Shown here: piece by piece, positions 13,338 through 25,318 of the stretch
Layout: the number at the start of each line of letters is the position of its first letter
Position numbering within the stretch: position 1 is the stretch's first letter
Assembly: GCF_000143415.4 (NCBI RefSeq)
Contig: NW_003314337.1
Span: 699,234 to 763,233, forward strand
Length of the DNA stretch: 64,000 bases
Source of the DNA: Selaginella moellendorffii
Taxonomy: Eukaryota; Plantae; Lycopodiophyta
Direction of reading: 5' to 3'
The notes under the pieces: generated by a model
Seen by the model: the letters and a program-made list of their open reading frames with translations, nothing else
The model's database searches: none
Told to the model about the DNA's origin: nothing
Program-made: the position numbers and the translations under genes

Positions 13338-14359
13338 TGGTGAAACGAAACTGTGCTGATGATGTTGAAATCTTTAGATGAGTGAATCGAGAGGAGAAAA
13401 CTCCTGCTAGAGATGCTGCAGAAGAGGCTAAGGCTGAGTCAGAAGAGGAAGAGCCAGATGCTGTGGTGCTGCAGTGTATGGCTTAGCAAGTCGAGATCAA
13501 GAATTTGCGAAGGGAGATTCACAAATTGAAGAAGGAGAACAAAAAGAGGAAGAAAGAAGCTGAGGTAGCTAAATCAGCTAAACCTAAGCAACCGGACTCC
13601 TCTTCAAGTTCTGAGGACGATGAAGTTTTGCAACTGCCCCCGGTTGCACGAATTTCAAAGTTCAAGCCTCCAAAACCACCCAATTTCAGAGGCATATGGG
13701 ATTATTAGGTTTTGGAAGACTGGGTCTATGATATGGAAAATTATTTCATAGTGGCAAATGTAGATGATCGTACGAAATTTGCATGCATGCAATCCTTTCT
13801 TACCGATCATGCCAAAACTTGGTGGCGCCAAGTGTGGTGAAAAAAGGCAGACTAGAAGTTGGACCAAGATGCGGTCTCGTATCTGTAAGGAATACTTGCT
13901 AGATGATCTTGGTTTGAGACTTCGTGCAGAGTTGCGGTGGTTAAAGCAACGACGGGACCTCATGCATTATGTTAATGCGTTTGCTCAAAAGCGCATTATA
14001 ATTGCAAATATAAGTGATGAAGATGCTCAAAGTTATTTCCTAGAAGGTTTAAGTTCACTCTCGCAATGAGATTTTGAAGTTTAAGCCGAAGACATACCTT
14101 GAGTGTAAGGAGGCAGTGCAACAAGTTGCCTTTAGTCACTCGCTCATGGAACAATATCAGCAACAGTATGCTAGTAATTTGGATAAGAAAAGGAATTCTA
14201 GGAACAAACAAGGTAATCAGAAACAGAGGGTGGAAGGTAGGTTCTGCCTTGGAGGCTCACAAGTAACGATTAACAAAGGTGGTGGTGGTTGGAGACCACC
14301 AACAGCTTCTTTTGGTCCTAGGCCCTCTGTTCCTCCTCCTGGTGGGTACAAGTAGTAGC
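13338..14359 (+). pseudogene. gag: gag of family C (broken; continues at 20168 after the nested element)
   Basis: KPPKPPNFRG, LRWLKQRRDLMHYVNAF...YFLEGL retrotransposon-gag motifs; stops and frameshifts. Confidence 0.8.
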
Positions 14360-15818
14360 AACCTTGGAGAAGGGAGAAAAAGGCAAGTTTGGGGACTCAA
14401 GCTTAGGAAAGTAAACTTGAGAGGTTCAAGGTTAGGACTGTATTCCTAACCTTGACGTGAGCAGTAGTGACTATAAAAGTAGGACTTAGAATGTTTTTAG
14501 ACGTATCCCTAATACAAAATACATTGCAATACATTGTCATTCTGCCTATCTCTTTGGCTTTTCATGGCAATGGCAATGTCTTACTTACCCACCGCCTTCA
14601 AGGGATCAAAGGCGTGGGACTAGCACCTTCAAGCACATGTTCACAGTCTCTACTTGGCTTGGCACAAGCAGGTAAGTGCACTCATCTTGTAGTGTAGTTT
14701 TAGATTTAGGGACTAGATTAGATTTGAATCTCCTAGGAAGATCTCGTGTGGACGTTTCCTCCCAGTTTAGAGATTCCAGGAGTTTTCACTGGCGACCACG
14801 GTGGGATAGGCGAAGTGAAAAGCACCCAAAGAATGAAGATTGGCAGCCTTGGCTACAACTAGAAGACGAAGCTGAAGTCAAGAATCAAGGGAAAAATCGA
14901 AAAGAAACAAAAAAGAAGAAAACAAAACGAAAAAGAAGAAAATCGACAAAATCCTAGAGCAAGAAGCATGGAAATCATGCTAGAGACCAAGCGTTTGAAG
15001 GCTACGATCATCTAGAGATCGCCCACTTCTTGAAAAGTCCAAGAATCTTCCATAATCGCCTCTTGGCGAGAGGTCGAAGACGAAGAATATTCTGCACATC
15101 AGAATATTCGAAGAATCTCTGACAAGAAAATCAGAGCAAACAAGTGCTAACAAGCATGAAAACATAAAGAATGAAAAAGCACGACTGCCCATTTGGAGAT
15201 ACAAGTTGCACAAGATACGAGGACTGCCTTTTATGTGGATTCAGAAATTGTGCTAAACTATACAAGCAATGCTATCCAAAATGGCAATGCAACACTTGCA
15301 AATAAGCAAAAGCAAGACTACAAATCAGGGATGACATTGCCGCAATGGAAGAAAGAAAGAAACGAGAAGAAATAGCCCACGAAAATGACACCAAAAAGAG
15401 TGACGATAGTTTAAAAAAAAAGAAGAAAAACAGAGCACTAGTTGCTTTCAAGAATTCAAAGAAACAGTCTTGCGACTATTACACAATTTGTCCAGCAAAT
15501 TGAAAGAACCAAAGGGGAGGAATGATAAAAGAGAATGAACAATCACCAAAATTTTGTAGCCCACATGAGGAGAGCGATAACAATGACGCAACATGGAAAT
15601 TTTGGGCTTGCACGAGAGACCAGCGAGATGAGGAAATCCCTCGATAGATACAAGACTCTCAAAACTTTTTAGAAGCCATCAAGCAGCTGCCATCTGAGAT
15701 TCAGGAACGAATCTTTAATTTAGTTCACAACACATTAGACAAGGAGAACTATACACCAATTTGCAACGGCACTATCATACACGGCGCACAGTTTATAGGA
15801 AAACAAGATAAACAAGAA

Positions 15819-16574
15819 TTGTATACGTGGAGAATCATCCTCGAGCTCTCGTGGAGATCTTTCGTGTACATCGATCAAGAATTTATTTGTCTCAAGGAAG
15901 AAGTTGAGTGGCATACTTGGGACACTGTCACTCGAATTTACGAAGAAATTCCAAGGTTCCTGCTTAGAGAAATACAGGAAATACTTGGACAGCAATTTGT
16001 AAGAGGATTTATTACACCGGTTGGAAGCGCAATACATGAGCTTACTGACCTCAAGATAAAGGAAGGACTGTGGGCAAAAGAGCGCTGGATAGATCCGCGC
16101 ACACATAGGCTTAAAGCAACAAAAATTTGTTGGAATCCATACCTTGACGTATGGACACCATTTGAGAAGAAAAACATACAGGAATCACGAAATTGGAAAC
16201 CCATATCAATCGGAGAAGGAGAAGTGAAAACATTAAAAATACAACCACTGCTGTATTCAGCATTTTCAAATATTACTATCGACTGGGAAACACAAATGCT
16301 CATAGTGAGAGCTCGCATTCCTGTACAACCAACATATTGTAAGAGACCAAAACAATTATTCAAGAATTTAGAAAAGATTGGACTCCTAAAGAGAGTTGCA
16401 ATCGTTGGCATACCTTCTCGATCCCAAAGTTGGAGAGTAGCACCAAATATTACTAGCGAACAGCTACACCGATCAATTTATGACACAACCGACCTCCTTC
16501 CAACAAACAAAATCGTGCTTACTTACACCACCAAATTTTTCAAATACAAGACCTTTCCTGAGCTAGACTCATGA
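15819..16574 (+). CDS. Extra ORF upstream of gag, unknown function (probably 5'-degraded)
   Basis: 251-aa open frame of normal complexity between the PBS and gag. Confidence 0.5.
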   Translation: MYTWRIILELSWRSFVYIDQEFICLKEEVEWHTWDTVTRIYEEIPRFLLREIQEILGQQFVRGFITPVGSAIHELTDLKIKEGLWAKERWIDPRTHRLKATKICWNPYLDVWTPFEKKNIQESRNWKPISIGEGEVKTLKIQPLLYSAFSNITIDWETQMLIVRARIPVQPTYCKRPKQLFKNLEKIGLLKRVAIVGIPSRSQSWRVAPNITSEQLHRSIYDTTDLLPTNKIVLTYTTKFFKYKTFPELDS

Positions 16575-16814
16575 AAGTGACCTCAAGCAGAGACTCGAGA
16601 AGAATCGAGAAACAAACACTCGATTGAAGACTCAAGACATAAGAGCTTGACTTCGCATTTATATGACAAAATACAAACCTGCAAAAGACTCAAGACATAA
16701 GAGCTTGACTTTGCAATCTATGAAAAACAACATTTGATTCAACACACTGTAGATGAATCACAAAATTCAGGAAGTTTACCTCGGCATTTAAGTCGAGAAG
16801 ATTTAGAAAACTGA

Positions 16815-19463
16815 ATGCACAAATATAAACCAGACCCAATCAAGATCCGGGAAAGAGATCTTCGACAAAAGACTCGAGAAGTAAGAAAGGAAGAGATAGA
16901 AAAGGAAAAGTTAGAAGAACAGCAACAACAAATCTTAGAAACAATATTAGAGAAGTACGACAAAGACGATAAACAAATTCAAGTACCCGAGTCAAGCAAC
17001 TCGGCAGAAGACAAAGAAGAACCAAATATTGAAGACGTCCCAGAGTTTGAGCCGTTTGAAGAGGCAGAATTCACAGCACTAGAGTTTTACTCGTATCCTA
17101 ATTCACCAGAAGAACAACTTATCCAACAAAGTCTACAACAACAAATGGCAATCATCAACCCAGCGACAGCTATAGGGAACATGATTTCCTATCCCATTTT
17201 TACCGGTGGAAAACCCGAAGATGCGAACCATCATCTCAAACAATTTGATCAAATTGTAAAGATGAACAAGCAAGAAATGCATCGAGAAATACTTTTCCCA
17301 TACACGTTAAAGTGGGACTTTTCATTATCCCACTTATGGTGTGTGGCCACATGCCATTTTTATAACAACAATAAAAAATTGAAGTTTTAACTTTATAATT
17401 TATAAATTAAAAACTTTTCATATGATTTTGTGTTATAATATTGTGAAATATAAAAAAATAAATTAAAAAACTGATAGAAATATTAATAAATATTAATTAA
17501 GTACTAGGAAATGGCATGTGGACACATGCTAATTAATGTCCCACTTTACTGAATAAGTCCCACTTTAACGAAATAAAGCATAAAAGCCCTCGATTGGTAC
17601 AACACACTCGATGATGCTTTGACTCATGATGAAAAGGTCACACAATTCAAGGAGCAATTCCAGACTGGTGGAACTCCAGAAGAACACTATGAGATCATCA
17701 AAAACTTCAAGCAAAAATCACGTGAAGGAATTCAAGATTACACTCGAAGATTTAAGTTTCATGCAAAGCACTGCAAGGATTTGATAACAGATAAAGGAAA
17801 AAGCTTGTCCTATATACAAGGCCTTAAAGAAATCTATAGAAACATGGTAGCACTCGTTGCTGCAGCAGAGAATCCGGATGAAGAAAATGTCAATACACTC
17901 TCTAAAGAAATCTTGACATTAGAAAAACGATTTAAGCAATTCACAAAAGCGGGACCTTTACAAACCGATGACGGTTCAGATGATGAAGAAGAGGAAGAAA
18001 TCCGCATCAAGACAAAGAAGAAACCATCAAAAAACCAAGACTTGAAGGAAATAATCAGGAAAATCTCACAAACCGAACTCAAAGCAGGAGTGTGGTGTAC
18101 AAAGTGTAAAAACGAGGGACATACATATTCGGAATGCAAATTACAGCTTCCAAAGTGTCAAATTTGTGAAAGAGAAGGCCATACAGCCAAGAAATGCCGA
18201 TATAGGAATACAATAGAAGTTTCAAGAATCAAGAATACTTCTCGTCGAGAGCCCAATCTTCAATATCAAGGAAACTGGAATCAAAATGCACGACCACCAC
18301 GCAATGAACCTCCAAGATATAACAATTATTATCAACGTGATGATAATTTGTACAATCAAAGAGGAAACTTTTACCGTCAGAACAATCGCAAATACAATAG
18401 AATACCCCCTCAAGATCAAAGACCAAACAACTATTCTGGAAATTATGGAAGAAACTACAATACATATCAACAACGTGATGGACCTCATGACAACTACCAA
18501 TGTCCTCCCCCACGAAATTACAATTATGATCAAGAACCATATCACAACTATAATCAAAGACCACCTCAAGCTCAAGGTTACAATTACAACCAGCGACCTG
18601 CACCACAACAAGATAATCGACCTCGGCAACCTTACCAAAATGCAAATCGTGAAAATAACCAAGTCGTAAACAATCAAGCTCCAAGAGCAAGACCACCTGC
18701 AGCACGGAATGTTGAGGTCGAAGTCGAAGACTCACAAACTTATGAAGAACCAGCAATACGAGCAATCACAAGACAACAATACAAGTATCAACAACCAGAT
18801 AATTTGGAAGAACAAGATCACGATGATGAACTGGAAATTATCCCAGAAATCGAATGGAAGAAAAGCAAGAAAATACTTAAAGCAATTCAAGCTGAATTGC
18901 AAGCACAAGATCCAGAAACAATCAAAGAACACGACAAACAATCAAACAATCAAGAAACAAGAAGTTTTACCCAAGAGGAGCTGGTACCTGTTCAGCAGAA
19001 AGAAAAGTTTCATGTGGAAGAGCAAGCTGAAGCAAGGTTGAAGCAAAACCTGGTGGAAGATGAACAGCCTGATCAGATTGAGCAACCAGCAGAAGAAGAC
19101 GAAGACCTGCAGTGGATAAAGGAGTTTCAGACACAGGAACTTGAGGTGGTGCTTCCGAAGTTTTGTGAGCAGACGGAGCAGAAGAAAAATTCAGTGCCAA
19201 AGTTTGACGTGGAACAGGCAGCAGCTGGTCAAGCTGGCTTGGAGCAGAAAGCTGTTGTGAAGAAGAAAGAAGAAGATGTTAGACAACAAAGAGGTGTAGA
19301 AGTTCAGAACCTTGTGGAGCAGCCATCAAGAGGAGCCGTATACCCAGGCCAAAGTTTGAACTTGAAGGTGGCTGGTGTGAAGTTGGTGAAGAGACGAGGA
19401 AGTGTGTTTCTCAGGTTCTGGTGGGACAGAGGCAAGCTGATTTCATCCTTTGTAGCTCTGTAG
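16815..19463 (+). pseudogene. gag: Gag with two CCHC zinc knuckles, interrupted by the MITE at 17305-17581
   Basis: YPIFTGGKPEDANHHLKQF...FPYTLK|KALDWYNTL...FKQKSREGIQDYTRRF; CTKCKNEGHTYSEC and CQICEREGHTAKKC. Confidence 0.85.
17305..17581. mobile_element. MITE (~277 bp) derived from the 23688-35227 DNA transposon family
   Basis: Ends cgttaaagtgggac...gtcccactttaacgaaataaagcat match the large element's TIRs. AT-rich core; family palindromes at 17336 and 17511. Confidence 0.88.
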
Positions 19464-20167
19464 GAGTAGAGGAAGTAAGTAGTAAAGCAGCAAAACTGAA
19501 AGCCGTCCAGGAGAAGTTGTGGCTGTTTCAAGTCGGATATTTAAAGTTTCGAGAAGAGGCGTTTGTGCAACTGATCTCGGGAAGAAGCTGGTCAAATTCA
19601 GATCACAAGACTTTGAGGAAGCAGCTCAGACTTATGAAGAGGAGGAAGAGGAGGAGGAGCCACATGAGGGAGCAGCTACCCACGATGCAGCAATGGAGCA
19701 GTGACTGCGGGACGCAGCACAAGGCAGTCATGGGAGAGTGGAGAAGGGAGAAAAAGGCAAGTTCGGGGACTCAAGCTTAGGAAAGTAAACTTGAGAGGTT
19801 CAAGGTTAGGACTGTATTCCTAACCTTGACGTGAGCAGTAGTGACTATAAAAGTAGGACTTAGAATGTTTTTAGACATATCCCTAATACAAAATACATTG
19901 CAATACATCGTCATTCTGCCTATCTCTTTGGCTTTTCATGGCAATGGCAATGTCTTACTTACCCACCGCCTTCAAGGGATCAAAGGCGTGGGACTAGCAC
20001 CTTCAAGCACATGTTCACAATCTCTACTTGGCTTGGCACAAGCAGGTAAGTGCACTCATCTCGTAGTGTAGTTTTAGATTTAGGGACTAGATTAGATTTG
20101 AATCTCCTAGGAAGATCTCGTGTGGACGTTTCCTCCCAGTTTAGAGATTCCAAGAGTTTTCAAACCT

Positions 20168-23100
20168 GAAAAACCTGCTCCTAGCGGAACAGGTAGTGTG
20201 AGTCATTGCTTCCATTGTGGAGAGTCAGGACATAGGTCCTCGGAATGTCCCAATAAGCATAAGATAAGGTCTCGGGTTAATGTCATGAGGGAAGATGGTG
20301 GTGGCGAAGCTGAAGGGGTTGACGAGTTGGTCAATGTAGACTATGAGGAAGAGGAGGTGAGTTATTTTCGTTGCTTTCCTCAAGCTTTTCTTGCAGTCAA
20401 TGCAAACACTGATCTGTTGATGTATCTGGTAGGCTTTGTCCACAAACACCAAATCCGAGTGATGATTGACACGAGAGTTATGCACAGCGTGATATCCAAA
20501 GACTTAGTTAAGTTGTTAGGAATGAATGTTGAGCAAATATTGCCTATGCACTTCCGGTTTGTGAAAGGTGGGCGAGTAGCCAGAAATTTTGTGAGTGATG
20601 TTCCAATAAAAATATCCAATTGGAAAGAAAGAGTGGACTTGGTAGTGTTGAAGATACCAGATTTTCAGATGGTGTTTGGTATGGACTTCTTCAACAAATA
20701 TATAAAAAGGATTTATGGTGCTGGACAAAGTCGTATCATATTGAAGTCAAAAGGACATCCCGATGTGTCCTTCCAGTTGCAAAAGCGCTCTCAAAGGATT
20801 GGGATGCTAAGTTCTTGACTGCGAGGGCCGCTCAAAAAACAGCTAAGAAGGGATGTCGGACCTTTTAGGTTCAAGTGATGGAAGCTGAGGGTATTGGTGA
20901 CTCAGTTCGAATTGGCAATGGGGTTGATCCTATACCAAAGAAGATATTGGAGTTGTTGGCGAGGAATCAGGATATCTTCCCGAAGGATTTACTGCTAGGG
21001 CTACCTCCTAGCCGTGAGGTTGATCATCGGATTAAGGTTAGTCTAGGTTCTAAGCCACCTATGAAAGCTCCATATCATTTGAACATCAAGGAGATGGTTG
21101 AACTCAAGAAGCAACTCACGGAGCTTCTTGACAAAGGTCATATCTGACCAAGCAAGTCACCTATGGCATGCCAGTCCTTTTTATTATGAAAAAGGATAGA
21201 ACTATGAGGATATGTATCGACTATTGGGCATTCAATAAGATCACGGTCAAAAATAGTTATCCTTTGCCTCGCATTGATGACTTGTTTGACCAACTCTTAA
21301 AGGCTAAGTATTTTACGCTACTTGATTTGCGCTCCGGGTATTATCAGATATGGGTGGCAGATCAGGATGTGGAGAAGACAACCTTTAAGACTCAGTATGG
21401 ATCTTATGAGTTCCTTGTCATGCCGTTTGGGTTATGTAATGCTCTGGCAACGTTCAGCACTATGATGGATAGAATATTCAGAGATTATTTGGATGCATTT
21501 GTTGTCCTATATATCGACGATGTTCTAGTCTTCAGTGAAATGTTGGAGGATCATCTGAAACACTTGGAGCTGGTGTTTCAGAAACTGCGTGAACACCAAT
21601 TGTATGCTGAGGAAAGTAAATGCACTTTTGGACAATTGCGCATAAACTTTCTCAGTCATATAGTTGATGGTGGTGTAATTGAGGTTGATCCAAAGAAAGT
21701 GGAAGTGGTGAAGTCCTGGGAAGTCCCGACCACTATATAAGATATTCGTTCCTTTCTCGGTTTGGCGGGATACTATCGCAAGTTTGTCTATAATTTTGCA
21801 AGAATTGCTCTTCCATTGATTGAGTTGATGAAGAGTAGTATTCCGTTTCATTGGACACCAGCTTGTCAACATGCTTTTGTATGGTTGAAGGAGATCTTGA
21901 CTACAGTTCTTGTTCTCAGGATCCCAGATCTTGATAAACCCTTTAAAGTGTATTGTGATGCATCTGGCTATGCTATTGGTGCCATATTGTAGCAAGATTG
22001 TGACAAAGCAGTTGGTGTTACGCTAAGGTGACATGGTTGTCCCGTTGTGTTCTATTCCAAAAAATTGGATGAAACTCAACAAAGATGGCCAACGCATGAG
22101 AAAGAGATGTTTGCTATAGTGTCAGCCCTAGAACACTAGAGACACTACTTGGATGGACATGCCAAGGTTTATATAAATAGTAACACACTAAGCTACTTTG
22201 CTACGCAGCCTAAGCTTATGCCGAAGTAGTCTTGTTGGCAAGAGAAGCTTGCTAGATATGATATTGAAATCATATATAAACTTGGTAAAGACAATATTGT
22301 CCCAGATGCATTGAGTCATCAGGCTCAGTTTTGGGAAATATTTGTAATCAGTTTGGACTAGTTAGAGGATGTTCGGGCTTTGTATGGAAGTGATCCGTTA
22401 GCGAAGGCAATCTTACACCGTACGGAGTTGTCGAAGCAGAACCCTAGTAGCGAAGTAGTGAAAGTTGCTAGTCGAACCAATGTGAAGCTTCACTACTTGG
22501 TTTGGGATGGGCTTATATTCTATAAGCAAGAACGATTGTATCTTCCCTCTAAGGATCTGCAACATATGTTTCTGCGGGAACATCATGATGTTCCAGCAGT
22601 AGGATATGGTGGAAAGTGGAGGACTCTGGCTTCATTGAAAAAGGGATTTTTCTGGTCTGGTATGGAAGGTGACATAGCAGATTATGTCCATTCTTGCCCT
22701 ATATGCCAGCAATGTAAGCACAGAACTGAGAAGCAGGCTAGAAAATTGCAATGCATTCCAGCATCGGCATGGCCATTGAGAGTGTGACACTTGATTTTGT
22801 CACTTGCTTGTCGAAGTCGAAGGGTTATGATACTTTGATGGTGGTTGTGAATTGGTTGTCAAAGATTGCACACTTCATTCCAATTATGGAAATAATGAAT
22901 GCGAAGCAAGCAGCAAAGCTCTTTCTCCATGAAATAGTGTGGGTTTGTGGTCTTCCCGAAGAGATGATCTTGGATAAAGATTCGAGGTTTACGGGAAAGT
23001 TTTGGGGCACACTATTCCAGTTGTTTGGTACCAAGTTGAAGTTTAGTACGGCTTATCGTCCTCAAACTAATGGGCAAACCAAATGTGTGAATGCTCAAGT

Positions 23101-23687
23101 TGAGGATTATCTACAGTACTGTGTCGCGGTAGACCAACGCAATTAGGTTGAGCATTTGGACACAGCAAAAATCTGTTGTAACAACATATTTCACAACGTT
23201 ATAGGGTGTTCTCCATGGGAGATGTTGCAAGGGAATGCTTGTGGGGTTCCTCAACAGATTATTGTATCGAAACCAATGACTAAAGTGTTGGTCCCAGCCG
23301 TTGAGACTTATGTGGAGCAACTACGCCAAGGTTGGTCTAGGGCTATTGAGGCGATGGGCAAAGCTAAGGATAGGTATCGACGTGATAAGGATCAGCATTG
23401 TCAAGATGTATCCTATCAAGTGGGAGATCAGGTGTGGCTATCTTCCCAAAACTTGAACATTAAGGGATGTTTATTTCGGAAGTTGTTACTGAGATATGTT
23501 GGACCCTATCGGGTTTTAAAATGTCTTGGTGATGTATCCCTATTGGTTGGATCTGCCTGTGGAGATGTCCAATGTTCATAATGTATTTCATGCCAATTTA
23601 TTGGCTCCTTACACTATGGATGTTGCACATCAAAGGGAGATTCATCCACCACTAGACATTGTGGATGATGAACCTAAATATGAAGTA
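20168..23687 (+). pseudogene. pol: Family C gag end-protease-RT-RNase H-integrase (many stops), chromodomain start
   Basis: CFHCGESGHRSSECP; VMIDTR (mutated DSG); YPLPRIDDL, MPFGLCNA, YIDD; DASGYAIGA; HHCC; STAYRPQTNGQ; GPY. Confidence 0.95.
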
Positions 23688-24347
23688 AAGCTCTATTTCG
23701 TTAAAGTGGGATTTATTCAGTAAAATGGGACTAGGTACAAATTTTCAAGTATTTGAAAATGACATGAAATTATATGTTTTTTGTCCAGGGGCTAGACATA
23801 TCTGGGGCATGGTGACTAGCGCGGTGACTTTGTGTCCAGACTGAGTCCATCTGGTTGTATAATAAATCTCATTGTCAAGGTGAACAAGCCGAATCTGAAG
23901 CTAAAGAAGAGCGATGGCATGCACGCACACATTATTTGTTTGTTCATTGAGCGTGTGGTGAGCTTTCCAAGATGAACGTCATTCCTATTAGCTAGATATA
24001 TAACTTAATGGTGAGAACATTTAGATATTATTCAATGTTATCTTTTTCTAACGAATCTAATTGTGAAGGTGTAGCAAGAGGCATTGCTAGTCTGGAGAAG
24101 TCGTTTAACTCATTTGACCCTTAGTGTATTTTCATGAAACTAAATAACATTCATATTATTAAGGAATTTCTCTAGTACCTTTTTTTTACGACATAGAGGC
24201 TTGCATTTCTTTCAAAGGTGATTTAGTAAAAGGCCTGAGGGCACATGCCATTCTATTTCTCAGACCGGTATTAAGATATACTAGTGCAAAGGGAAAAAGG
24301 TATTTGGTGATCAAGTAAATGGCATGAGGGCACACGCCATTATAAGC

Positions 24348-24605
24348 CTAAGCGCTAGTGGACACCTCCTTTTTGGTACTCTCAGCGGTACTATCATCCT
24401 TCTCCGGGTCAGTTGTTTTGCTTTGGATTGTTGTCTCTGACGTTACTGGGGCGTTCTCGATAGTTGTTAATGTTGCCGTTTGTTCAGAAAAATGATCACC
24501 TGGAGTATAGTACGGGGAGTTTGGAAGACTTATATATTCTACATCTTCACCTATCTCCTTCTCCGTCTCCTTTTCTGCCTCACTTACAGATTTTGTGCTT
24601 GCCAT
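24348..24605 (-). CDS. Small acidic/Thr-rich ORF inside the transposon, kept in both copies (57092-57349)
   Basis: MASTKSVSEAEKETEKEIGEDVEY...; no recognisable domain. Confidence 0.3.
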   Translation of the reverse strand: MASTKSVSEAEKETEKEIGEDVEYISLPNSPYYTPGDHFSEQTATLTTIENAPVTSETTIQSKTTDPEKDDSTAESTKKEVSTSA

Positions 24606-25318
24606 GAGAACGCTCTTCACCCTAAAATATGGAGTTCGTTGTGTTATAAAAGGAAACCAACACACACGCTGCAAGGGAATGATGGTACATAAAGCACGTA
24701 AGCCCACAATATGGGTTTATGTGCCATTAATATGGGCCACACGCCATATTATTAGATTTATGCACGTGTGATTGGTAAATGCATATGTCATATCATCTTT
24801 GTTTTACCTCACACACTATATCAGGCCTAATGAACCATATCACATGTGCGCACATGCTATATATATGGAGAAGTATTATGCAAGGATAGAAAAATTCAAT
24901 GCATGATTGTGGAGAGCAATGGCATGAAGCCACATGCTAAATAACATTTTAGAGAAAGAATTAAAATAAAAACATGCAAACAGTACTGAGTGGACCAAGA
25001 CTTAGAAGTGCACAATTGAATGAGGTATTTCTAATAAATATTTCACTCACCTCATATAGGAATGGCTACCACTCTCAAATGGCGTATCGCCTCATGCCAT
25101 CACCTCGCAATTTGTTATAACAATCCGATGAATTCATATTCGGCTTGTTCACCTTGAACTTTAAGTAAGATTTGCTAGAACAACTAAGAATTTATACTTG
25201 TTATTTGTATCATCTCACCTAGGAATGGCGTAAGGCCACATGCCATCACGCCTCCTCTGATTCAGATTCGGATTGTTCACCTTGAAATAAAATACATTAG
25301 AAACTTAGTAAAGGAATA

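Larger units (their letters stand above)
14365..20162 (+). mobile_element. Non-autonomous gag-only LTR retrotransposon (TR-GAG-like, Tat/Ogre-like PBS)
   Basis: 424-bp LTRs 14365-14788 and 19739-20162 (TG..CA, about 6 transitions apart); TSD AACCT. PBS tggcgaccacggtggga matches a tRNA-Arg 3' end. No pol motifs. Confidence 0.92.
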
